64,000 nt of DNA, from positions 768,001-832,000 of the forward strand of contig CBDBCF010000001.1 in the NCBI GenBank assembly GCA_965202985.1, given 5' to 3'. The DNA comes from Longimicrobiales bacterium (GTDB lineage: Bacteria > Gemmatimonadota > Gemmatimonadetes > Longimicrobiales > Gaopeijiaceae). Both the position numbers and the translations under genes were made by a program. The notes beneath the pieces were generated by a model that was given only the letters and a program-made list of their open reading frames with translations, was not told the DNA's origin and did not search any database. Below are positions 30,041 through 39,786 of this stretch, one piece after another. Positions within the stretch are counted from its first letter, which is position 1. Every line of letters starts with the position of its first letter.

Positions 30041-32482
30041 TCAGAACCGATAGGTGTAGTTGACCTTCACCGAAGCGCCCCTGGAAAGCGTATCCAGGTT
30101 GCGCCGGTCCAGCAGGCCTTCGCCCAAGTTCCGCCAGTTGTGCGTGTACACCAGGAACACGTCGTTGCCCGGCTTGGGGATCCACCGCAGGCGCCCGAAC
30201 AGCCCCACGACCTCGCTGTCGTTGTCGTACTGCAGCTGCGCGACCACGCCCGCCCATTGGTTCAAGCTCCACTGGCCTTCCAGCTCGTAGACGTCGGCTG
30301 TGAAGTCGCCCCTGGGAAGACTGACGGCGTTGTGCTCCACATCGGCCGACACGCTGACGCCGGGGTTGGGCCGCACGGTCACGCGGGCGTTGAGGCGGTT
30401 TCGGCTGCCGTCCCAGAAGCCGCCCACGCCAGCGCTCGCGAACACGGAAACGCGCCGACGGCCCGTCGTCCGGCCCCGCACCTCCCACTCCCAGTTGGTG
30501 TACTCGCCCGGCAGGATCTCCACGCCGTCGCTCACCTCGAACCCCGAGTCCAGGAACTCGCTCGTGCGCACCGCCTCCACGTCGAAGCCGTCGCCGCTCT
30601 CGAAGTCGATTCCCAGCACGTCGAACTGCCACTGGCGCTCTTCCAAGACGCCCGTGTCGATGTGGGTCAGGTTGCGGAACTGGGCGGCGAAGTCGAACTG
30701 GCGGATCCAGCCGATGCTCTCGGGTCGCGGCGCCCATCCGATGCGGGGCTCCACGCGGCGAAAGCCGTTGCGCGACACGAAGCCGACGGCGGGCGAGTAG
30801 TCGTCGCCGAACTCCCGGTACGACAAGTGGCCCGACCAGATGTCGTTGGGCAGGTTGAAGCGGAACCCGCGGGCCGACAGGTCGCCGAAGGAGCGCGACG
30901 CCAACGGATCAGGGTTCGAGTTCCACACCACGAACGCCTCCATCTCGAATCGGTTGTCGCCCAAGAAGCGGCTGGTGTTGAATTGGAAGTCGACGCCGGC
31001 GGTGTGCCGGGCTTCGGGCGCGTCGTCGGAAGGGCCGGCGGCCGTGCCGCGGCGCGTGTAGATGACGCCCACCGAGGACTCGCCCCAGAGAGCGCGCTTG
31101 GCGCGGGCCACGGTGAACATCTCGCGGGGCAGAATCACGGGCGCGGCGTCCACGGCAGCGGTGTCCGCGGCGTCTTCGTCCAAATAGCTGTGCGTGCCGG
31201 TGCCGATCTGGTAGAAGCCCAGCTCGAACCTGCCGGCCTGGCCGGTGAGGCGCGTGCCGTAGCGGATGGGGATCTGCTCTCCCGACAGGAGGCCGATGCG
31301 CCGGGAGAAGAACGGCGACGGGCCGCTTCGGGGCGCGAAGGTGAAGACGCCCGACCCTTCGAGGAAGAAGTCTCGCCGCTCGGGGAAGCGGATCGGGAAG
31401 CGGGTCAGGTTCACGCGCCGCTGATCGCTCTCCACCTCGGCGAAGTCCGTGTTGATGCTGGCCGAGGCGCGCAGGCTGGAGGTGAGGCTGTAGTTCACGT
31501 CCAGGCTCAGGTCGCGGGGGAAGGTGGTGGGGTCGGCGTGCTCCGGCACCTGCCGCCAGCTGGCCACCGCCGACGGTCGGGCTTCCAATCCCAGCCCCTG
31601 GGACATGCCCTGCAGTCCGGCCAGCCGGCCCGCGTGCACCGGCCGCCACAGCCCCTCGTTGCGGCGATGCCCCCGCCACAGGATCTCCTCGTTGCGGCGG
31701 CGGATCGTGCGCTGGAAGTTGATCCCCCACGTGTCCAGGGCGGGATTGAAGTTGAGCGTGCGGAAGGGAATTCGTATCTCCGCCGACCAGCCGTCCGGGC
31801 GCATGGCGGTGCGCGCCTCCCAGATGCCGTCCCACGCCTTGCCGGCACCCCCGCCGAAGCCGCCGCCCCCGCGGCCACCCGCCCCCGTCAAGATGCCGTC
31901 TCCCATGAGGCCGGCGGGGTTGATCTCGAAGAAGTAGCCCGTCCGCCCGTCCATGAAGGTGTCCATGATCCACATGAAGCGGTCGTCGGTGCCCAGGCTG
32001 GCGTCGCGCTGACGCTGGTAGGCCAGGATGCCGGCGGGATCGTCGTAGAACACCGCGCCGATGTACAAGTCGTCCTCGTCGAAGACCACCCGGATTTCGG
32101 TGCGCTCGGACGGGCGACCTCCTTCCACGGGCTCCTGCTGCGTGAAGTCGCTTACCGGCGCGGCGCGGCTCCAAACGGCCTCGTCGATCTGCCCGTCCAG
32201 CGCGATCTGGTCCCCGTCCCCCAGACGGAGAGCCTGGAGGCTGGGCCGGCCGTCGCGGTCTCCCGAGGCGGCGACGGCCGTCGCGCCCGACGCCTCCTGC
32301 GCCCCGGACGGCGCCGGGCGCACCGCGAGAAGCGCCCCCGCCCAAAGCGCAACGGCTCCGGCAAGGACGACGGGACGGAACACGACCCGCCGGATCACGA
32401 CGCGCCGAAGACCGCGGCCGGGCGCCGAGTCGGCCTCGCGCGGCGGGTCCGCTTCGCGCGCGTTTTGGTTCGCTGCCGTCAT
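30041..32482 (-). CDS. CBM9-like/DUF5916 outer-membrane protein
   Basis: LDGQIDEAVW, GWSAEIRIPF, NTDFAEVESD, FPERRDFFLEG; C-terminal YTYRF beta-barrel signature; start approximate. Confidence 0.85.
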   Translation of the reverse strand: MTAANQNAREADPPREADSAPGRGLRRVVIRRVVFRPVVLAGAVALWAGALLAVRPAPSGAQEASGATAVAASGDRDGRPSLQALRLGDGDQIALDGQIDEAVWSRAAPVSDFTQQEPVEGGRPSERTEIRVVFDEDDLYIGAVFYDDPAGILAYQRQRDASLGTDDRFMWIMDTFMDGRTGYFFEINPAGLMGDGILTGAGGRGGGGFGGGAGKAWDGIWEARTAMRPDGWSAEIRIPFRTLNFNPALDTWGINFQRTIRRRNEEILWRGHRRNEGLWRPVHAGRLAGLQGMSQGLGLEARPSAVASWRQVPEHADPTTFPRDLSLDVNYSLTSSLRASASINTDFAEVESDQRRVNLTRFPIRFPERRDFFLEGSGVFTFAPRSGPSPFFSRRIGLLSGEQIPIRYGTRLTGQAGRFELGFYQIGTGTHSYLDEDAADTAAVDAAPVILPREMFTVARAKRALWGESSVGVIYTRRGTAAGPSDDAPEARHTAGVDFQFNTSRFLGDNRFEMEAFVVWNSNPDPLASRSFGDLSARGFRFNLPNDIWSGHLSYREFGDDYSPAVGFVSRNGFRRVEPRIGWAPRPESIGWIRQFDFAAQFRNLTHIDTGVLEERQWQFDVLGIDFESGDGFDVEAVRTSEFLDSGFEVSDGVEILPGEYTNWEWEVRGRTTGRRRVSVFASAGVGGFWDGSRNRLNARVTVRPNPGVSVSADVEHNAVSLPRGDFTADVYELEGQWSLNQWAGVVAQLQYDNDSEVVGLFGRLRWIPKPGNDVFLVYTHNWRNLGEGLLDRRNLDTLSRGASVKVNYTYRF

Positions 32483-32591
32483 GTCCTGGATTCCCGTCTG
32501 TTGCCAAAGCGCTTCGCTCTTGGCAGTCTCCGTCGGGCGGATCGGAGTCCGTCCGCTCCCCCAAGTCCCCCTCAACTTACTCCAAGACACC

Positions 32592-33125
32592 ATGACGCGT
32601 TCCTTTGTTGACGCCCGATTCCTCGCCGTGGTCGGAATCCCCCTGATCCTCGCCGCCTGCGGCGCGCCGGAGTCCGGCGACGCTGCCCCCGAACCCGACG
32701 CCGCCGCCGAGGCGGAAGCCAAAGCCCCGGAGGTCCGAGCCGCTCCGGTCGTCGCGACCCCGGCCAACGCCAACGAAGCGGAGGCCGAAGCGCTGGAAGC
32801 CCTGCTTGCCGAGCAGCCCGGAGCTGCCGAGGCGATCCTGGCCGGACGGCCGTTCGCGCGGCCCGGCGACCTGCACGCGGCCCTGGTGCAAGCCGTGGGC
32901 GAAGAGGCCGCCCGCTCGGTCTACGCCGCGACGTGGGTGCCCCTGGACCTGAACGACGCCACCACGGAGGAGATCCTCCTCATCCCCGGCGTCGGCGACC
33001 GGATGGCCCACGAGTTCGAGGAGTACCGGCCCTACGTGGACATGGACCAGTTCCGGCGAGAGATCGGCAAGTACGTGGACGAGGAGGAGGTGGCGCGGCT
33101 CGAGTCCTACGTGACGATCCGCTGA
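32592..33125 (+). CDS. Helix-hairpin-helix lipoprotein
   Basis: Lipobox LAAC; LDLNDATTEEILLIPGVGDRMA HhH motif. Confidence 0.8.
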   Translation: MTRSFVDARFLAVVGIPLILAACGAPESGDAAPEPDAAAEAEAKAPEVRAAPVVATPANANEAEAEALEALLAEQPGAAEAILAGRPFARPGDLHAALVQAVGEEAARSVYAATWVPLDLNDATTEEILLIPGVGDRMAHEFEEYRPYVDMDQFRREIGKYVDEEEVARLESYVTIR

Positions 33126-33177
33126 CCGCGCAGCGCCAGCAGGCGCGGCACAAACCGACGCGCAGGGGCCGGCCCCC

Positions 33178-34263
33178 ATGATCCGCCGGCTCGTTCTTCG
33201 CCTTCACCTGACGGTCGCCGTGGCGGCCGGGCTGGTGATCTTGGCGATGGCCGGCACGGGCGTGATCCTGTCCTTCGAGGGCGCGGCCCTGCGCTTGGCC
33301 GAACAGCGCTACTACGACGACCCGCCGGCCGACGACAACCGCAGCTGGGCCGTCGCGACACAGACCGCAGCATCGGCGGCGCGCGCCGTCCCCGCGACGG
33401 ACGGGTCCGTCGCCACGCCCAGGTCGATCGCCTATTCGGCGGACCCGAGGGCACCGGCGCGAGTGCGGTTCGGCCGGGATTTGGACGTCTACGCCGACCC
33501 CTACACGGGCGAAGTGCGGGGAGGCGGCTTTCCCCGGCTTCGCGCTTTCTTCGACGCCACGCGTGGTTGGCACCGCTGGCTGGGCGCCTCCAGCCCCTCG
33601 GGCATCCGGCGGGGGCGCTTCGCGACCGGCGCCGCCAACGCCCTCCTTGCGTTCCTGATCGTGTCGGGGGTCTTTCTGTGGCGCGCCGTGCCGCGAGAAG
33701 CGCCCCGAGCCGTTCACCGCCACCGCCTAATCGGCATCTGGTCGGCGGCGCCGCTGGCGGCAATCGCGGGCACGGCCCTTCTCCTTTCGTACCCTCGACT
33801 GGGCGACCGGGTCTCGGCCGCGACCGGCCACTTCCTGCCCTTGGGCGCCCTGGAAGCCGTCCGCATCGTCTCGGGTTCGGAACCGTTGCTCGACGTGGAG
33901 CGCACCCTGGATGCGGCGCGCGCGGCCGTGCCCGACTGGCGCGACCTGGTGCTGACGCTGCCTCGGCCAGGCGCCCGGGAGGTGCGTATGGAGGTGCGTA
34001 CCGGCGAAATCGGTCAGCCCCAGAAGACGGGCGTCCTCGCGATCGACCTAGCGACCGGGACGGCGGCCTGGGAGTCCTTTGCGGACGCCGGCCCTTCGCG
34101 GAGGGCCCAGCAGTTCTTCCGCTTCGCCCACACCGGCGAGTACTGGGGACCGGTCGGCCGAGCCCTTGCGGCGACGTTCTCGTTGGCGGCGGCGGCGTTG
34201 GCTTGGACGGGCCTGTCGATGGCGGCCCGCAGGCTCCGCGCTCGCGGTCGGCGGGCGGGCTGA
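33178..34263 (+). CDS. PepSY-associated TM helix protein
   Basis: LHLTVA...GTG, YADPYTGEV, WHRWL, HTGEYWG. Confidence 0.85.
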   Translation: MIRRLVLRLHLTVAVAAGLVILAMAGTGVILSFEGAALRLAEQRYYDDPPADDNRSWAVATQTAASAARAVPATDGSVATPRSIAYSADPRAPARVRFGRDLDVYADPYTGEVRGGGFPRLRAFFDATRGWHRWLGASSPSGIRRGRFATGAANALLAFLIVSGVFLWRAVPREAPRAVHRHRLIGIWSAAPLAAIAGTALLLSYPRLGDRVSAATGHFLPLGALEAVRIVSGSEPLLDVERTLDAARAAVPDWRDLVLTLPRPGAREVRMEVRTGEIGQPQKTGVLAIDLATGTAAWESFADAGPSRRAQQFFRFAHTGEYWGPVGRALAATFSLAAAALAWTGLSMAARRLRARGRRAG

Positions 34264-34274
34264 ATCGGATCCGT

Positions 34275-35144
34275 TCAGCCGAGCGGCAACGTCCGGGCGA
34301 GCGCCGCGAAGTCGTCGGGCGACAGCTGCTCCGGCCGACTTCGGGGCGACAGCGACCGGGACTCCAAGGCGCGGGTCGCTTCCGCGGGCGTCAAGCCCAG
34401 ATCGGGGTGGCGCGCCAGGATCGTGCCGATCTGCTTGCGGCGCCACGAGAAGGCGGCGCGCACCAGAACGCGGACGGCGCGGCGCGAGGCGGCCGCGCTC
34501 TCCGAGGCGCACACCGACGCCGGCAGCGGCGTCAGTCGCACAACCGTCGAGTCCACGCGGGGCACCGGCCGAAACGCCGTTCGGGGCACGTCGAAGAGTC
34601 GCTTCGCCCGGGCGGCCAGGACCACGCCCACGGACAGGGCGCCGTAGGTTTTGGAGCCGGGACCCGCCAGCATACGGTCGGCCACTTCCGCCTGCATCGC
34701 GAGCACGATCTGCCTGGGACAGGGCGGCGTCAGCAGCCGAAAGACGATCGGCGTGGTGATGTTGTAGGGGATGTTCCCCACGACCCGCGTGGCCGACCAG
34801 TCGCCCGTGATCGACGGCAAGTCCAGGCGCAGCACGTCGCCGTGGACGACAGTGACTCGCGGGTTGTCCGCGTAGCGGGCGCTCAGCGCCGTCGCCAGGT
34901 CGTCGTCCAGCTCCAGGGCGTAGAGGCGCGCGTCCCGGCGCGCCAAGTGGTCTGTCAAGGCACCCGTGCCGGGACCGATCTCCAGGACGGGACCGCCGGG
35001 GCCGCCCAGCTCGCCGGGACCGTTCAGCCCGCTCGGGTCGTCCAAGGCCGCGGCCACGATCTTGCGTTGCAGGTTCGCGTCCACCAGGAAGTTCTGCCCC
35101 AGGGAGCGCTTGGGCCGTGGACGGGCGGCCCCTGCCCGGTTCAC
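34275..35144 (-). CDS. rsmA: 16S rRNA dimethyladenosine methyltransferase
   Basis: KRSLGQNFL, EIGPGTGALT, GNIPYNIT, FRPVPRVDS. Confidence 0.95.
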   Translation of the reverse strand: MNRAGAARPRPKRSLGQNFLVDANLQRKIVAAALDDPSGLNGPGELGGPGGPVLEIGPGTGALTDHLARRDARLYALELDDDLATALSARYADNPRVTVVHGDVLRLDLPSITGDWSATRVVGNIPYNITTPIVFRLLTPPCPRQIVLAMQAEVADRMLAGPGSKTYGALSVGVVLAARAKRLFDVPRTAFRPVPRVDSTVVRLTPLPASVCASESAAASRRAVRVLVRAAFSWRRKQIGTILARHPDLGLTPAEATRALESRSLSPRSRPEQLSPDDFAALARTLPLG

Positions 35145-35150
35145 GCGGCC

Positions 35151-36737
35151 TCAGACCGTCCGCAGCAGCAGCGCGGTCCGGTCGTCGGAGGGCATGGAGG
35201 GGATCGCCCGGTCGGCCAGCTCGAAGAGGCGGTTCAGGATCTCCGGAACAGGCTTCGAACGGGCGGCGGACACCGTGGTCAGCACGAGCTGTTCGCCGCT
35301 TCGCCGGTGCAGCCGGGCCAACGTGTCCGAAAGGCCGTCGGTGAAGAGCAGCAGCAGGTCCTCGCCGGGCGTCCACGGGGCGGTTGACTCGCCGTAGGGC
35401 GGTCCGTCGATGCCCATCGGCGGGTCGGTGGCGAAGAGCCGCCAGTGCTTGCCGCCCGACGCCACCACGAAGGCGTGGGGATGCCCGGCGTTCGAGTAGG
35501 TGATCTCGGCTTCGTCGGGCGACAGGACGCAGTAGCAGAGCGACAGGTACATCTCCGTGGACTCCAGCTCGTCGCCGATCGCTCGGTCCACGTGCTCCAG
35601 CACGGCCGAAGGCGATGCGCCCGCCTTGGCGTAGATCGCCGCGGCGCTCATGACCAGGGCCATGATGAGCGCGGCGGGGAAGCCGTGGCCCGACACGTCG
35701 CCGATCATGACGCCGACGCGACCCCGCGAGAGGGGAAACACCTGGTAGAGGTCGCCCCCGACGGACTCTGCCGGCTGCACTCGGGCCGCCGCCTCCACGC
35801 CCGCCAACGGCGGCACGGGCGGGAGCAGCTTCTTCTGAAGGTCGTGGGCCAGCGCCATCTCCTTCGACGCCCGTTCCCGGGCCACGCTCTCGCGGATCAG
35901 CCGGTGGTTCTCCAGCGCGGCGCCGATCTGGCTGGCGATCGCCGCAAGCAGCCGCTGGTCGCTCGTGGTGAAGCCGCCGCGCCGCCGCCGTCCGATCAAG
36001 TTCACCACGCCCACGATCCGAGTCTCCGCCGAATCGGCCTCCGCCGCGCGCGGCGCATAGCTGACCGGCACCGACAGCCACGTGTCGTGTTTGCCGGCCG
36101 CGCCGGCGTGCTCCGCATCCGCGACCTGGTCACCTGTCGCCAGGATCGGTCGCCCCTCGTTGAACGCCCGCGCAGTGATCGACGACCTGTCGTCCAAGCG
36201 CACGGACTCTCGCTTTGGAACACCGCCCGACGACGCGGCCAGCCGAAGCACCTTCTCCTCGGAGCGGTACACCCACAGCGAGCCCCGCTTGGCGCCCAGA
36301 ACCCGCGACACCTTGTCCAGGATGTGGCGCGCCGCCTCTTCCAGGTGAAGGATCGAGCCCAAGGTCTCGGCGATCGAGTAGAGGAGGCCGATCTCCTCGT
36401 GGCGGTTGGAGAGCTCGACGTTGCACGAAGCGATCTTCTGCGCCCAGTCGTAGGACCGGACCACGACGCGCTCCAGCACCTTGACGGCGGGCGTGCCGGG
36501 GGCGTGTCCCTCGACCTCGACGTGAAGCGGGGGCGCGCCTGGCGCTTCCAGGCGGATGCGCTGCCCTCCCGGCACCGGGGGGTCGTCCAGCCCTCGGGGG
36601 AAGCAGGGGACCAGTTCGCCGCCGTGCTCCTGCCAAGCCCGCACCTCGATCCCCACGCCCTCGCCGAAGTCCTCGAGGACGGCGGCGACGGGATCCGGAA
36701 GCGTCGGGGGCGCGACAGAGCTTCGGGTCAGGGACAC
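35151..36737 (-). CDS. GAF + PP2C/SpoIIE phosphatase (RsbU-like)
   Basis: VGGDLY, GDVSGHG, NAGHP, FTDGL, DDRT; upstream GAF domain. Confidence 0.88.
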   Translation of the reverse strand: MSLTRSSVAPPTLPDPVAAVLEDFGEGVGIEVRAWQEHGGELVPCFPRGLDDPPVPGGQRIRLEAPGAPPLHVEVEGHAPGTPAVKVLERVVVRSYDWAQKIASCNVELSNRHEEIGLLYSIAETLGSILHLEEAARHILDKVSRVLGAKRGSLWVYRSEEKVLRLAASSGGVPKRESVRLDDRSSITARAFNEGRPILATGDQVADAEHAGAAGKHDTWLSVPVSYAPRAAEADSAETRIVGVVNLIGRRRRGGFTTSDQRLLAAIASQIGAALENHRLIRESVARERASKEMALAHDLQKKLLPPVPPLAGVEAAARVQPAESVGGDLYQVFPLSRGRVGVMIGDVSGHGFPAALIMALVMSAAAIYAKAGASPSAVLEHVDRAIGDELESTEMYLSLCYCVLSPDEAEITYSNAGHPHAFVVASGGKHWRLFATDPPMGIDGPPYGESTAPWTPGEDLLLLFTDGLSDTLARLHRRSGEQLVLTTVSAARSKPVPEILNRLFELADRAIPSMPSDDRTALLLRTV

Positions 36738-37177
36738 GAAGGGGGTTCCGGGCCGTCGCCGGGCAGGCGCAGCACCAGAGTCACCGAGTTGCCCGAAGCG
36801 TTGAAGATCACTTCGTCCATCAGCGCGCGCATGAGGAAGATGCCCCGGCCGACGGGCTTGGCGATGTTCTCGGGCAACGTGGGGTCGGGCACGGCGGCGG
36901 GGTCGAAGCCGCGTCCGTGGTCGGTCACCCGAACTCGGATGCCCTCGGTCTCGATCCGCAGCTCCACGCGCACGCGCTTGTCGGGGTCGTCGGCGTTGCC
37001 GTAGAGGATCGCGTTGGCCAGCGCTTCGCTGAGCCCGATTCGGAAGTTGAAGAGCAGGCGCTTGCGATCGGAACACACCGGCTCGCAACACCGCATCAAG
37101 TCCTCCACCGCTCCTTCTATGCGGGCGACGTCGTTCGGCACTTCCAGGACGACGGGCTCCGAAGCCGCGGAACGCAT
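36728..37177 (-). CDS. Anti-sigma factor kinase (RsbW-like)
   Basis: EALANAILYG, DHGRGF, GRGIFLM. Confidence 0.9.
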   Translation of the reverse strand: MRSAASEPVVLEVPNDVARIEGAVEDLMRCCEPVCSDRKRLLFNFRIGLSEALANAILYGNADDPDKRVRVELRIETEGIRVRVTDHGRGFDPAAVPDPTLPENIAKPVGRGIFLMRALMDEVIFNASGNSVTLVLRLPGDGPEPPSCP

Positions 37178-37194
37178 TGCGCGGACCAGCGGGC

Positions 37195-37527
37195 CTAGAG
37201 TCCGTCCAGCGCCTCCTCCAGCGTGGAGCGAATCTGGAAGAGGGTGTCCAGCTTGGTCAGCTCGAAGAGCGTCTGGAGGTCTTCGTTGAGGCCGGCCAGG
37301 CGCAGGTCGCCGCCCGCCTCCCGAATCTTCTTGGAGAGGCTGACGAGCACGCCCAGCCCCGAGGAGTCGATGTAGCTGGTCTTGGCGAAGTCGACCGCGA
37401 AGTTGCGGGCGCCGCCCTCGAGCGCTTGGAGGACCAAGTCCTTCAGCTCCTGGCGGTTCCCGACGATCAGCTGGCCGTCGACTTCGACGATCGTTGCGTT
37501 CGCGGCGTTTCGTAGAGTGAAGGCCAT
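37195..37527 (-). CDS. STAS anti-anti-sigma factor (RsbV-like)
   Basis: YIDSSGLGVL, FELTKLD; ATG 37527. Confidence 0.92.
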   Translation of the reverse strand: MAFTLRNAANATIVEVDGQLIVGNRQELKDLVLQALEGGARNFAVDFAKTSYIDSSGLGVLVSLSKKIREAGGDLRLAGLNEDLQTLFELTKLDTLFQIRSTLEEALDGL

Positions 37528-37604
37528 GTCGTGGCTTCCGGGCGGGTTGGTTCGACGGGGCGACGCGACGGACACGGACAATTGAACGCGCCCCCCACCT
37601 CCGA

Positions 37605-38630
37605 TCAACCCGCGCCCACCGGAGCCCCGCACGCTGGCCGTCCCGGCGACGGACCGGTCGGAGCCGCCTCTTCGCGGTCGGCGCCCAGGAGCGCGGTCAC
37701 GGCGGCCACCTGCACGATGTCCTGGACGGACGCGCCGCGGGACAGATCGGCCATGGGGGCAGCCAGCCCCTGCAGGATCGGACCCAGCGCCCTGGCCCCG
37801 GCCAGCCGCTGCACCAGCTTGTAGGCGATGTTGGCCGCGTCCAAGTCGGGGAAGATCAGCACGTTGGCGCGGCCCGCCACGGACGATCCGGGCGCCTTGA
37901 TCCGGGCCACTTCGGGCACCAGGGCGGCGTCGGCTTGCAGCTCGCCGTCGGCCTCCACCGACGGACACGCCTCGCGGAAGCGCCTCGTCGCCTCGCGTAC
38001 GGCGTCGATTTCGGGTCCGCTGGCGCTGCCCAGCGTCGAGTAGGACAAGAAGGCGACCCGCGGCTCGCCTCCTGCCGCCAAACGCCGCACCCGGGCCGTC
38101 TCCGCCGCGATCTCGGCCAGCTGCTCCGGCCGGGGCGACGGCACCACGCCCGCGTCGGCGAACGCCAGCACCTCGGGACCTCGCCCGCGAAAGTTCCGGA
38201 CCTCCATCAGGAACGAGGACGACAACGTGCGGACACCCCGTCGCAAGCCGACCCGCTCCAGCGCGGTCCGCGCCACCTGGGCCGTGGTGTGCACGGCGCC
38301 GGCCACCACTCCGTCCACGGCGCCCGCCCGCAGCATCTCCGCCGCCGCCTCAAGGGCGGAACCCGCTCCGCCCGGCGCCGCCGCGACTTCGATCCGACCT
38401 TCCGCGCCCGAGTCCTCCGTGCCCGGGGCTTCCGCGTTCGCACTTGTGTCGCCGAAGCGCGCCAGGAGAACCCGCGCCTCCGCACGGGCACCCACCAGCA
38501 CCGGACGGGCGATCCCCCGTCGGGCCAGTCGAACCGCCGCCTGCACCACTCGCGGGTCGGCGGCCTCGGGAAAGGCGATGGCGCGGTCCAGCGCACGGGC
38601 GCGATCCACCAGCTGGGCGGAGAAGCTCAT
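37605..38630 (-). CDS. pta: Phosphate acetyltransferase
   Basis: FPEAADPRV, FLSYSTLGS, DGELQADAA, ANIAYK, DLSRG. Confidence 0.92.
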   Translation of the reverse strand: MSFSAQLVDRARALDRAIAFPEAADPRVVQAAVRLARRGIARPVLVGARAEARVLLARFGDTSANAEAPGTEDSGAEGRIEVAAAPGGAGSALEAAAEMLRAGAVDGVVAGAVHTTAQVARTALERVGLRRGVRTLSSSFLMEVRNFRGRGPEVLAFADAGVVPSPRPEQLAEIAAETARVRRLAAGGEPRVAFLSYSTLGSASGPEIDAVREATRRFREACPSVEADGELQADAALVPEVARIKAPGSSVAGRANVLIFPDLDAANIAYKLVQRLAGARALGPILQGLAAPMADLSRGASVQDIVQVAAVTALLGADREEAAPTGPSPGRPACGAPVGAG

Positions 38631-38676
38631 CGAGACGAGGCGGGCCGCGGCCGGACGGGCGGCCCGGCGGCCCTCT

Positions 38677-39183
38677 TCACTCCGACGGCGTGAACCGCGA
38701 CCGCAGCCGTTCCAGCACCGGCTTCGAGACGAAACGGCTCACGTCGCCCCCCAGCGACGCCACCTCGCGCACGAGCGAGGCCGAGATGAAGGCGTGCTCC
38801 ACGTCGGGGGTCATGAACAACGTCTCCACGTCGCCCCAGAGCTCCTGGTTCATCTGGGCCATCTGGAACTCGTACTCGAAGTCCGACACCGCGCGCAGCC
38901 CCCTGATGATGAAGCGGGCGCCGGTGCGGCGGGCGAACTCGACCAGCAAGCCCGAGAACGGCACGCACTCCACGCGCGGCTCGCCGGCGAAGACGGCGCG
39001 CACGAGCTCGAGCCGCTCGCCGACGGGAAACAGACGTTCCTTGGTCTGGGACGAGGTCTCGGCTACGCCCAAGACCAGGCGGTCGCAGAACCGCAAGGTG
39101 CGGCGCGCCACGTCTTCGTGCCCCAGTGTGATCGGGTCGAAAGAGCCTGGGTACACGGCCACGATGGGCCGATGGCGGTTCAT
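38677..39183 (-). CDS. coaD: Pantetheine-phosphate adenylyltransferase
   Basis: YPGSFDPITLGH, RGLRAVSDFEYE. Confidence 0.96.
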   Translation of the reverse strand: MNRHRPIVAVYPGSFDPITLGHEDVARRTLRFCDRLVLGVAETSSQTKERLFPVGERLELVRAVFAGEPRVECVPFSGLLVEFARRTGARFIIRGLRAVSDFEYEFQMAQMNQELWGDVETLFMTPDVEHAFISASLVREVASLGGDVSRFVSKPVLERLRSRFTPSE

Positions 39184-39782
39184 GGCGCGGCCCGGGGAGG
39201 GGTCGCGGCGGCGGGAAGGGTCGCCTCCGCGGGAAGGGTCGCGGCCTCGAACGCCGTCACGCCGGTCAGGATCGTGTCGCCGTAGCGCCGGCGGGTCGCG
39301 GGCAGCGGCTCGGGTGCCGGTTCGCGTCGGTCGTGCTCCACCCACAGCTCGTCGGCGAAGGGGTTCTCGGCGTAGAGCGACAGGAGGCGCGCGACCAGTC
39401 CCCGGTCGTAGGGCGGGTCGGCCAGGGCCACGTCGCAGCGAACGTCGCCCGCGGCCATCCGGCGCGCGTGGGCCAAGGCGTCGCCGTGCACCACCGTCGC
39501 CATGCCGCCCGCGTTCAAAGTACGGATGTTCCGCTCGAGGACCCGGACCGCCGCCCGGCTGCGCTCCACGAAGACCACGTGGTTCGCGCCCCGGCTCAGC
39601 GCTTCCAGACCGACGGCGCCCGAGCCGGCGAAGAGGTCCGCCACGGAAGCCCCGCCCAGCCGACCCGCCAACAGCGACATCCACGCCTCGCGCACGCGAT
39701 CCGACGTGGGCCGGACGCCGCGACCGGGAATCGGCGCCAGCCGTCTGCCCTTCCATCTTCCGCCGATCACTCGCACGAACAC
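39180..39782 (-). CDS. rsmD: 16S rRNA m2G966 methyltransferase
   Basis: RPTSDRVRE, DLFAGSG, DPPY. Confidence 0.93.
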   Translation of the reverse strand: MFVRVIGGRWKGRRLAPIPGRGVRPTSDRVREAWMSLLAGRLGGASVADLFAGSGAVGLEALSRGANHVVFVERSRAAVRVLERNIRTLNAGGMATVVHGDALAHARRMAAGDVRCDVALADPPYDRGLVARLLSLYAENPFADELWVEHDRREPAPEPLPATRRRYGDTILTGVTAFEAATLPAEATLPAAATPPRAAP

Positions 39783-39786
39783 CGCC

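Noticed and set aside
39200..39250. 18-bp tandem repeats at the end of rsmD
   Set aside because: In-frame low-complexity tail (ATLPA); no spacers, not an array.
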